Made by a program: the position numbers and the translations under genes. From Trichoplax adhaerens (Eukaryota > Animalia > Placozoa), in contig NW_002060948.1 of assembly GCF_000150275.1 (NCBI RefSeq), positions 4,758,336 to 4,822,335 on the forward strand: 64,000 nucleotides of DNA, written 5' to 3'. This document shows positions 28,721 through 40,819 of the stretch, in pieces; the stretch's first letter is position 1, and each line of letters starts with the position of its first letter. Below the pieces are notes generated by a model. It did not search any database. It was not told where the DNA came from and worked only from the letters and a program-made list of their open reading frames with translations.

Positions 28721-30842
28721 ATAATTAGTATGTTACCTTCTTTCTATATATGGTTAAATATCACGATGTTATTATCACGTCATGTGTATATAGATGTAGT
28801 TATGGTACTATATTAAGCTTATCTATGTATGTATTCCCATGTTGCCATACTCGGTATGATATCCTATTTGTAATGTCTAAACTAGGGAAATCTTTCTCTT
28901 AGTGATGATCTTGTGATCTACGCCAGTAGATCAAAGGTCACAATAAAGAAAGTATATAAACTCATTATTTTAACAATAAAGTTAGTTCTTCAACTTAATT
29001 ACTGGGTCTCCTCGCTGAGTGCAGATCTAGTACTTGTTACAAAATTTGGAAGTTGTAACAAGCTCTGATAAGTTTGCAACACAACCGGTATGAATACAAT
29101 ACAAGAAATCATATAATTAGATACAGAGACGCTAGTAAATCCGTAACAGCAATATTTAGGCATAATCTGATATGCGATATAATCGTGAAATGGATTACGG
29201 TTTATATAGTCAGTCTAGACGGATATAGGAAAATTAATCTTATATTCAGATAGAAACCACAAGAGTAAATAGTAGGATGGTGACACCGGTCGGGACAGGA
29301 TCAGTGATGTCCAGGATAGTATATGAAGGCGATAGGATAATGGAATGCTATTAGTGGACAAAAATAAAGTATATGAAATATACTCATATATGGAGTTGTT
29401 AGTAATAGCCTTCAGTGAGAAGATGAAATGCTCAGGTAGTGTGATACCACAAGGTCTCATTAATGAAGGATTGACTAAGAAGAGCAGTTGACAAACATAT
29501 TAATCAATATGTATAGTAAGTATATAAAAGACTTATTTATTTCTTAAGAAAACCAGTCTGAGTTCTAGCGGTGTACTCAATTACGTTGTCTAATTGCTAC
29601 TACCGTTATTTCAGCAATAAAAATTTAACTGATAAACTGTTTTTATCCACTGGGATTGGAGGGCACTTCTTATGAGATTTGTCATTAGTGTAGGAAAAGG
29701 ATAAGGTAGTTTAATAAACAAACTTTTGTGTAGAAGACCAGAAATGTCCAACATGACTAGCTTCCGATAAAATCAGAGTATATTACAGATTGTCTATTTA
29801 AGTATCGATGTAATATGATTATTATTTATTTATCTAACATTAAAAAATGACTGATTTCGCGTCCAGCCTCTTTCATATATATGTTTGCATAAATAATTAT
29901 GGCAAAAATCTAAGATATTTACTATTATGACCTTACAGTTATAAACAAATGGAATATCTAAATTAAGAAAATATTTTAGCAACGACATTGTTTAACGTTG
30001 AAGACAATATTTACAAATGTCCGTTCGTGAAATAAAATAAAAGACATCAATTAATATGCCTTCCTCATTCTCTTATTAAAATTTAAGATGCAGCTATAAC
30101 TTTAATAGCTAGAAAATGAAATGAACTTTTCGTTATTATGTAACACTAAATACGTTTTTGTTACGTTTTCGAAACTCTTCTACTTTGTAACAGCGAAGAT
30201 TTGCTAAATATCTTCAGACGAGTCTAGTAGAGCTAGAATATTGAGCTAAATTTTATTTTCCCTACTATAGCGTTATACCGTCGAACAAATCTAACGGTTT
30301 ACTAACCACATATTGCAAATACCAACGAGGGTGATAACATTCTTACAAATAAGATAACAGCCGATAATCAATTTTATAACAAATGATAACATATCAGAAA
30401 CGTATTCAGGCAACTATTTCATCTACAACCTCTTTTATGAACTTACATACCGCAAGTTTTATGCGTAAGTGATTCTGCTACTATAGTCAGACAGAGTAAG
30501 TTAAATTTGTAGAAAGCTTATACTATTGAGACAGTATCAACATAACTAATGAAAATCGCATTTCGTAACAGTTTGTTAACAATCCTTTTATCATATCTCA
30601 TTTATTGTGAATCGGTACATATAAACTGCAAACTAAATTGAAAGGTTAAACTATTGTCTAAGATACCATATTCTAATTGAAGAAACTTCATATCAAATAT
30701 TTTCTCCATAATTGTACGCCGATAATTTTAATCTGTTTACACGAGGTACTTACAATAGCTATAGCCTAAATCATTCTAGATGAAGTGATAGTATCTGACT
30801 TACGCAATCAGTAAAACGTATGAAGTACAATTTTTATATGCA

Positions 30843-31377
30843 TGTGATATATACCAATCACGAGATTCCAAATTTTAGAAAAATAAGGGCTTTTATTGAA
30901 TCTTATACAAAGATTAACTACACAGCTCTACTCTAGCCGAATACTACTACTAAAGACTTCTACAACGAACTAACAGAATAATCTAAAGTTGCATGCTTTT
31001 ATACTTTCCGTAGCATTCGCAGCTACAATCCGCATGGCAACCTTTTACCTTATTTTACACATAGTTAAATTATTCTTAGTAAGACTATTCTACTGCGGAC
31101 CATCATTAATCCAATATGGATACGACTACAGTACTTACGTAGACATTATTCACACCAGCCAAAGTACAATGAATTAACCATATCCTAATATATGATTTAC
31201 AGTTCTATTTTTACCTATAGCCATATTAGTAACTCAACAGCTTACTGTATATAGTCATCTGTACTCTAGCATAGAAGTCTCTACCACTACAGTCTATAGT
31301 TACAGCTACCAAATATCTCTTAGGATAAATATCTACCGTACATTATACTAAAGATGGCTAACAGTCTACAATCACAA
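30843..31377 (-). mobile_element. Solo-LTR-like element, copy 2, truncated at one end, flanked by a 29-bp direct repeat
   Basis: Near-identical to 27666-28198 but lacks the last ~17 bp. aaacgtatgaagtacaatttttatatgca occurs at both 30814-30842 and 31376-31404. Confidence 0.8.
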
Positions 31378-32878
31378 ACGTATGAAGTACAATTTTTATA
31401 TGCAGCTCATAGGATTAGTTAAATTCTATTTCATACAAGGCTACTAAAAGCACTAAAAGATAAAGTAATCTATTCATTCACCAAATCTTATTAAATTGAA
31501 GGGATAATTTCTGTTTGCAACATAATAAAATTGCGGTAAATATACGGAATATTCTCGCGTAATTCCATACTTTACGATTAACATATTGGCGGTAAAGATT
31601 TTCTTAATTCATTAATCTGTTATATACGAAAATAGTCATTGGGTTATGCTTCTTTTCCTTATATAACAGCGATTTTATCGATATAAATTTTAAATTTTAG
31701 CCAGTTTTTAAACGTCAAGTAATAAAATGTAGATAACAGTATTGGACTATCCCTAACAGCCAAAACGCTGGCAAACTTAAACAATTATGCACAGTATTCC
31801 TAATCAAAAATTGCTGCATAACGGATAGTTTAGATTTAAATCAGTTTCGATAGCCTTTATTTACAGATATTAGCGAATTTTCAGTGCACATAAAGAAATA
31901 GTTTAAAGATATATACTGTATTTAAGGTGCAATAATATTTATATATCAAGCAGCTTCCCTACTTGATTGTAATCTCATGTAACTGTCTAAAATTAATCAT
32001 AATTCTTTATGCAAGAAAATCAAAAACGTGGACATTGATAAAGTAATGTAGCAAAGAGTATCCGTTTTGTCTTTTATGATCTAAGCTTTCTTGTGGCACG
32101 TCTTTCAGTTATAGATTTTTCTTAATCCTCCAAATAGTCTGTATATAATAGTAATGTGTATACAATGCTAAAATATTGTACTTGCTAATGCTAAAGCATT
32201 TATTGCCCTATTTTATCAGTTATGTACACTAATTATAAAGTCTATAACTTGCTAGTATAATTAATTAAGTAAAGTAGGTTTTGCATACTTTGTTTTTATA
32301 TAAATTCTATTAGTTGAGCAATGCAGTATTGCTGCTTTCAAAACTATCCAATTTTCCGGGCAATATAGGGTTCGATGTTAAATTTTTATGTTTAGCATAA
32401 TAGATGTTTTAATGTTTAATTTCAATATTTAATACTATTATTGCATTATTTACTTCGTGCAACACATCAATTGGCAAACTAATTCCCATATTAAATTATT
32501 CTAGACTACAGAATGAGAAACGCCAATAAGGATCAAGATGGATCTTATTCATAAGAAATCAATATTGTAATTTTGTCACTTTAATATATCCAATTATCAT
32601 CAGCCCATTTAAATATGCGACAATATAGAAAGATATAGACTCTACGCTTGATATAGGATATATAAATTATGGTCTAATATATATCTTACATTCATCCGGC
32701 ATTTTCTTTGTAAATCTTTTTCAGTATCAGCTGGCATGTAAAAGAATTTTATTGTGGCGATTCCGATAAAAATCTATTATCTACAAAAGTAAAACCTTCT
32801 TGTAAAGAATTCGGTTAACCATTATATTGTCAACAAAGATATTTCTCCTTTAGATCTCGTGAACTAACTGCTACAAAA

Positions 32879-33811
32879 ATGAATAACGTAACAGTTTCAG
32901 TTGAAACTTACGATGCGCTATCGGTCGTATTTCGGATATTTACTATATCTGTAGGTTCTGCAATACTGGTGAGTGATGCATTTTTATTCGTATTTATTTT
33001 GTCGTACAAGAGTTTAAGAACTCCGTCGAATTTGGTGGTAGTCTCTATGGTTGTAGCTTCAATAATGATGGCAATCACCTTTGTTCTACCAATGGCTATA
33101 TTTATAGATACGACAGGAGAAATATCCAACGATATGATATGTGCTATATTAATGCCTCAAGGTGAATGTTCGTGCCTTATTGTCAATATTCATAACTGCT
33201 TACTATGCATCGAACGCTATCTCTATCTCATTCATCCTTTCTTCCATCAACGATTTATTAGTAGTAAATTCGTAGTAATAACTATTGCAGCCATTTGGAT
33301 CTTGAGTACTTCTTTGATCTATCTGATCCGTGGTGTTACTAAAGAATTAAATTACCCTGATTGGAGAATTGATTCCGAAAAATCTCATCAACATCTCACT
33401 ACTTTAAGTATTTTCGGGGCCCTGATGATTGGCCTTCCGCTGTTAACAATGATTACAACCTACAGCAGATTGCTTTACTTCATATCGCAACACGTTAAAC
33501 GTATAGATAGTGAAGTAAGTCAATTTAATGGAGAAGTTGTTCCTAGTAATAGACGCCGATCTATGGCAAAAATGATTTTCTTAATTGGTATATTTACGCT
33601 GTGTTGGCTACCATTCTTCATATATATTGTATTGAATTTCATTTTAGGTGTCTATTCCGAGATATTAAATGTTATACGTAGTCTCAGCATAGCTATAGTT
33701 TCTCTGTATGCATTAATAGGGCCTCTATGCTATGTTTCTTGCTGTCCTGATATCACAAGTAAGTTAAGAGCTTGGAGAAAGAAACATTACTCTACCAGCT
33801 GCAAACTTTAA
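32879..33811 (+). CDS. Intronless rhodopsin-family GPCR, orphan, 310 aa; paralog of 25415-26380
   Basis: 7TM; LRTPSN, VNIHNCLLCIERY, HPFFH, shared KRIDSEVSQFN loop, CWLP, GPLCY, CCPDI. Confidence 0.93.
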   Translation: MNNVTVSVETYDALSVVFRIFTISVGSAILVSDAFLFVFILSYKSLRTPSNLVVVSMVVASIMMAITFVLPMAIFIDTTGEISNDMICAILMPQGECSCLIVNIHNCLLCIERYLYLIHPFFHQRFISSKFVVITIAAIWILSTSLIYLIRGVTKELNYPDWRIDSEKSHQHLTTLSIFGALMIGLPLLTMITTYSRLLYFISQHVKRIDSEVSQFNGEVVPSNRRRSMAKMIFLIGIFTLCWLPFFIYIVLNFILGVYSEILNVIRSLSIAIVSLYALIGPLCYVSCCPDITSKLRAWRKKHYSTSCKL

Positions 33812-36800
33812 ATTACCTTTATTCAAATATACGCTTCCTGGTTGGTAGTGATTAACAAATAACAATATTTAGCGGATTTAGGTATTTTTAGTATTATGCT
33901 ACATTACGTAAAATGATTGTAGTAATATGGCTAAGTAATAGATTGTTTAAGCAAAAATTCTACACAATTGTAAATCTTTTTACTCTTACTTAAAGAAATA
34001 AATCGATGATCAATCTCTACAAAGCCTACATATTGTTGCATCAAATTTTCATATAATGATGAGTTTTTCACCTTACTTATAAATTACGACCTATACTACC
34101 TGAGGATGTAAACGTCTTAGCGGTATCTATAAAATAATAATTATATTCTTTACCGGAAAATAGTTTTTCAATACTAATAGAAATATTCGGCTAGATACCA
34201 TTTATAATTTAGTACATTATTAACGGCGCGGCGCTAAGCTATTTTTATATCTGAAAGTATTACTATGACAGTAGGATTCGAAGTTAGACGAAACCTATAA
34301 TCACGATTCCTGATTGCCGAAATAGGTATCGCAGTCTAATGTGTTAGGTCAAATTAAATCGTAAACAAATAATAGTACACATCTTACTAGTAATCTATAC
34401 CTAGAGCTAATTCTAATTTATTAATTAAACGACTAATTATTTGCTATAAAATGTTAACAGTATACGAAAATAGTTATATAATCTATCATCAAAGTGATGA
34501 GTTATCTAGTGTTAGGAACGAAGTCTCCAGCTGATCATGATGGATGATGCAATCTTAAAACTATTATACGCTTTAGTAAGAACACTTAAATATTATATAA
34601 TCGGAACAAAAGCGACTATTTCAACAATATTTACAGGCACTGTAGTGAAATGGCTGTAATTAAATGCCTGCATTATCATACCTGTATAATCGTACAGCTT
34701 CTATTAATTATCCTTGCCCTTGTCTTAAAACTTGCGTCCATTTCAAACAAAACAGAAACGATTACCCGTACTATCGAGAAAATTTATCTAATTTTAGGAT
34801 TGAATAAGCATATATCTCCTGATAGTTATTTACGTGGATTTATTGGCCATTTGAATAGTCACAAGCATTATATGAACTATTTTAATTGGCCCATTAAAGT
34901 ATTATTCTAGTCACCGTTGGTTCAACAACTTTCTGTAGAAAAATTTTTTATGAATCCATAATTAAAGAGGTGTAGTTTACATTGCCTCTCTATTTGAATT
35001 CTTTGCTAACAAGCAGTACTATAATTCTCATAAACATTTAAAATTTCGCAAGGCATAAATATTATCATCAAAACGCCAATAAAAGTATAGTTTATAAACT
35101 GTTCTAGATTACCTCGAATAAGTAATTCATATCTTCACTAAATAACATCCAAATGCAGAACCATACGCTGATATGATAATGTTTACTAGGTTTAAATACA
35201 GCTAATAGGTTGCTTCTAACGGAAAAAATTGATTTTAGGCTGTGCATATTATGACATAGAATTGTATATCAATTACTGGCTTTAAAGTGTATCAATCAAT
35301 GCACATGATGACATTTATGACCTTTAATTTACAGTTTACGGGAATTAAAGTCTATTTCATCCGGTCCCTAAGTCATTTGGATGTCAATTGCTGACATTAA
35401 AATGTATCGATACACATAATGACCTTGATGACCGTTAATATGCAATTTACGGGAATTAACGTCAATTTCATTTAATGTTCCTACATCATGAATAAACTTA
35501 TCTGACGTATTTAATGCATGACTTAATAATTGCACAGATAAACTTTTATATTGGTCTTATTTGATTTAATTTGTAGTATCAAAATCTAAATTAAATAATT
35601 GGTACTGCATAATAAATAGCAAATTTCTTCTTAGAAATCTATGACAATAATTATTAAAATTTTATCAACATTAGTATTTTACTTCATTTTCGAAAACTCT
35701 ATTTTCTCTGCAGTTTTCTCAGCTGCACGTGCGATATTTATGACCTATTATATGCTCAAATAAACATTGTCATTAGTAGTAGACATTATGGTACAGCATT
35801 CAACACTTTGAAGTTTTTATATTTTATAATTATAAAATCGTTTTCGGAGTTGGTATTTTTGATTAGCTTAATTCGCTAATATTATTCCTTTTCACAGTAC
35901 AGAAATAGTAATTAATAAGCAGATACTTAAAAACAAATTTCATTCATAGATAGCCTATATCGATAGCTACTTTTCATATAATGTAGGAGGATTAATCGCT
36001 TTATCACTAACCATTTATTAATATCGATCCTACCGATTTAATTTACGGAATGCAGCAGCTATTGTTTCAAATGGATAATTATTGGTATTATTGACCGCAA
36101 ACTGTCTTGGTAAAGATGCACGAGCATAACAGTTCATTGGCCTGATTTAATGAAAATCATCCATATCCGCTGCCTGGACTTACTAATCGGTACGGTAGGA
36201 TTCCCATGATTATTCATTCTTGGTAGTCTGCTTTCCTGATAAATTACACGTATTTTAATATTCTCACGGATAACTCATATTCGTCATAAGTGATCTTAAT
36301 ACGGACAGTTTAAATAATTTATAGGACTAACTAAGAACAAATCAATATTTATCCTTCCCGCTCAATGAAATAAGTTGAATGATTTTTCACCCTTATTTAC
36401 TTCACATTATTTATAGCAAAGCTGCTATTAGCTAGGACATATAAAGATAATCTTCTGGTTATTAATGACCGATTCTATAAAGCACTGCAATTAGATGGTT
36501 ATTATCGATCATAATCTGCGAATGCTAAATCTTATTAGAATATCGAAATGTAAAGACCTTCAAGCATTTTGTGGTAGATCTACGTATATACTTGTTATTC
36601 TATCGATGATGCTGCACTATCAACGAATTAAAGAGTAGAGTTTGTAGAATAAATAAATATTAATTACGGTATATCAAAGATGTCATTTATTACGAAAAAT
36701 AGAGGCTCAAATATTTAATCTTAATTGGCATCAACGATGGTATACATTATGCCACTATCAGAACCTTGAAACTGTCATCAACTAGAAGCTCCAAAGCTAC

Positions 36801-37640
36801 TTATAATATAATAGATTATATTTTACGAATGTTCGTTGTTAACTGAGAATTACTTTAATGTTTTTGTACTGCTGATCATTTGAAATCTTTATTTAAAACC
36901 TGCAGCTTATGATCATGCTTTATGCCTGACTTGTTATGCATTGCAATGACTATAAGTACATGTCATTACTACTGTCATCCTATTTATTTGGTTTGGGCAG
37001 TTAAATTTTATCATCTAGTCGATTATTTGCAGTTTCTACTACTACAGTACATGCTATAAGGTAAGTTTTACGCCAGTGTGACAAAGATGCTTCAAAATAT
37101 TAAAACAAGAACTAGTATTTCTTTTGAAACATTACTTTATTACGTAAATTTGACTCGTATATTAATACCAAAGACTATCTGCCTTCAATCATACCTTGCT
37201 AATGAAGTCGCAACATCAAGCTAAATCGACTATCACACGATCTCTAATTATTTATTTTTTATTACAATTATTAACCATCACTTCTAAGTAAAGTGTCGCA
37301 GGTAATTAATTCGTCATAGTGGAAATTTATTGGCACGAAATTTTAATATCTAAAAAACTTTAATATATTCGCCACCGAAAGAAGCTACAACAACAGTCTT
37401 CAAAATCATTTACTGTAGGAATAGCTAGTCAGAATCTTATAATCCAACGTTCGACTTGACTATTTTCGCATGGTCTTATAATTTTTGTTGTAAGCTAATT
37501 TTTGGGGTTACTCTGCAGCTGGTCTGATTGAAGATAAATAAGTATATAAATTTTACCCCATGTCGTCTCTACTATCATGACCTTTATTTTATGACAAGCA
37601 GGTTATCTTATCTTACTATTTTATTATATACGTACGCTAT

Positions 37641-38620
37641 ATAATTATTTACAGCGTCAAAGTTATAGTCTATTACCAGAGGTAAATTACTATTGCACAT
37701 GAATCCTACTCTTGTTGGTGCTGTTATCGTGACATTGATTTCATTAAAGCTTAGTTCAAAAAGTTACAAATTCCTTATAGTTTTTAAATTCTATTCCATG
37801 CTGCTGATTATTATATTAGCATATAAATTATTTACGGCGTCAAAGTTATAATCTACGATTAGCTGTAAATTTTGTGCTTGCCTCACTACGAAACTAAGGT
37901 TAATAAGTGTCGTACGTGAATTTTCTACCCTTGTTGGCTCTATGGTCGCGACATTTATATTATTATAAATACCTTAGTTTGACGTGTTACTAATTCCTCT
38001 AGTCTTTGAGTTCTATTCTACGTTGGCGATTATTATTTACTAATGAGATTATTTGCGGCGTCAAGTTATAACTGGCGATCAGCGGTAAATTTTGTGCTTG
38101 CCTCATTACAAGTGAATAAGTATCGTATATAAATTTTCTACCCTTGTTGGCACTGTCAACGTGAATTTATTTTATGATAAATAGCTTAGTTCAGCGTATC
38201 ACTGATTTCTTATGTTCTTTGATTTCTATTCTACGCTCCTGATTATTATGCACCCACATAATTATTTAAAGCATCAAAGTTATAAGGTCATCTACGACCA
38301 GAGGTATATTTGTGCTTGCCTCATTACAAGTGAATAAAAACTATAGCATATATGAATTTTCTACCCTACTTGGCACTGTTCTTTTGAGATTTATTTCATT
38401 ATAGATAGCTTAGTTCAACATATTACTGATTTCTTGTAGTTTTGAGTTCTATTCCATACTGGTGATCATTATAAATGTGTATAGTTATTTACATTGAGGA
38501 TATAGAGTATCATACATAAATTCTACTGCTGTTGGCAGCGTCACCGTGACATTTATTTCATGATGGATATCTTAGTTCAACGTGTTATTGATTCTTTGTA
38601 GTCTTTGAGTTCTATTCTAT
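37641..38620. repeat. Degenerate tandem repeat, ~180-225 bp unit, ~5 copies
   Basis: Recurring blocks ataattatttac(a/g)gcgtcaaagttata (37641, 37823, 38048, 38258, 38480), aattttctacccttgttggc, gcttagttca and ttgagttctattc in the same order. Confidence 0.85.
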
Positions 38621-40819
38621 GACGAATTAGGGCAAACTATATGCTTATCTTACAGTAAGTAAACAACTACATGAATTCTCCCCTTGTCGTCTTTACGATC
38701 GTGACGTTGTTGGTCTTAAGTGTGACCAAATCTTGACTCCTAATAAGGGCGATTGCGGTACCAGTCGCCACTGAAAAAATAGCTAGAAAAGGTAATACTC
38801 CCCCATTAATAAGTCGATTAACTTGATTAGTGATATTCATGGAAAAAATTCCTTTCTGTCGTTGAATAATCTTAACTTGAGCTCCAAACTTAGTCCATAG
38901 TAGTTCTATTAAGAAGAACAGTTTTATCAATAGAATAGAATTTTTCATTATCGTTTGAAGGCTAATTTGTTTATTATTACTTATTTGTATGCAGCATAGA
39001 TTAGAGACCTTTCCTACCTAGTGTTTACTGTTGTTTACGTAGATTATTCGAGTAAATCGTATTTAAAGCTAATAATACAGTCAAAGTGCATAGTCCTACA
39101 AGGCAATATCATCAAACTTTCATATGACTACGAGTAAATTTACTAAATCAGTCAGGCGACCTTCTTCTTACACTAGGCCAAAAACGTCAATTATGATTAA
39201 TTGCCGAAATCCACTCATTAACTCATAAAAAATTTGCTAAGGTATGCTACATGAAGCTGAAAGATTTACATTAATAATTGTAGTTTTATTGCATAAGTAT
39301 CATCTAGTAGCTTAGGAGACTCATAACTAATCGACTTACCGATCGAACTGGCATCATGCTTATATGAATTCGTGAATAAATTAAAGATATTATTAACTGA
39401 TGAATAATAATTATTATTATTAAGCTAAAAGTTTTCATTTATTATATTTTAGTATGAGTAATCAATGATTGGATATGAGTCTCCCAATACTAGTATATCC
39501 TCTGAATCTTATTAATGGTATGCATTTTATGCACCATTAGTATGAACTAGTATAGCCGCTTTCACCCTACTGAAATTTAATACTTCGATTTACTAAAGAT
39601 GACAATGAAGAAATGGTCAATGATAACACCTTTAATTTTATTAATCACATTAGGTAAGATTTCATCATTAGAAAATTATATAACCTTGCATAGTTAGCGT
39701 AGTTTTATAAAGAAGGTTCATTCAATTTAGGATCGGACTACGGTAACTTCTTTGCCGATAGAGTTAAATATTTCACATGTTTGGATCAATGCCGATATCA
39801 TTAAGACCAAAAGCAAATCTTGGCAGTTGCAAATCCAAAATTAGTATTAAAAAGCTTCATTTTTGAGTAATGTACTTGCCGGTACCCCGTTAAATCTCAT
39901 ACGATAGACATAAGGCGAAATGTAATCCGTCTTATTCGTTTACATTAGAGTTTCGTTAATGTCTCATACTTGTTACATTTCAACTATCGTCTATCAATCC
40001 ATAAAAGTATATAATTATATTTTTAAAATATTGGAAATAAGAATGCTACCCTCAATCAAATATTCCATGAGTGCATATGATTGTTTAATCCAATCTATTA
40101 CGATCAAGCTATATGTTTTACGTAAATGATCCAGAAATTATTCATCTCTTACAAAGAATGACTATTTACTTTTTTCAGTACTCGTACTAACAGTTTAATG
40201 CTTCACGAATAATTTAATTCATCTTATTCTCAGATTTTATTAAAGTGAATGATTACGACAAATCTCTATTATGTGTTTGATTGAAGCTAGCAAACCTAGT
40301 AAAATTAGACAACATATAGTATTATATGGCTATTCTTGCTAGATTTGATCCCTTTCGAAGCAACATATAGTTTGCTCGGTTAGTGCATTACACATTTACT
40401 ATCATTTCTCGTTATCATTTAAATCCGATATTTCATAAAGTTCAGAATCGTAAGAGCTTTACTACTTATGATTTGTCTCTGTTTGAAGTCTCTTATAAAA
40501 TCATCGGCTTGAAATGATTTCACGTTATTGCTATTTTTGTTCTGATGTTTAATACTCATATGTAATATGGGCACGCTAGAAAATGTTAGGGTAGAGCTAT
40601 TAGGACTTGTTTGACTTTGAAGCTATTCGTAATTATAGTTTAGGAAGCCTCTGGTATACAGTATGTTATTATTAACCTGGACAAATTAAGATTCTACTCG
40701 CAAGATTAACTTATCAAATCTATTTTCAGATTTAATTTGGAAATGCTTTTCTTAAAATTATTTTATATTAACTTAGTTATTATTCACTGCACATAGTAAA
40801 ATATCCACTGTTATCCAAC

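Noticed and set aside
15911-33811. GPCRs considered as opsins because of LRTP(S/F)N
   Set aside because: No Lys at the retinal-binding position in TM7 in any copy; the motif is common in class A receptors.
35310-35470. Short diverged duplication (tttacgggaattaa...tttcat, ~110-bp period)
   Set aside because: Two copies only, ordinary local duplication with no further structure.
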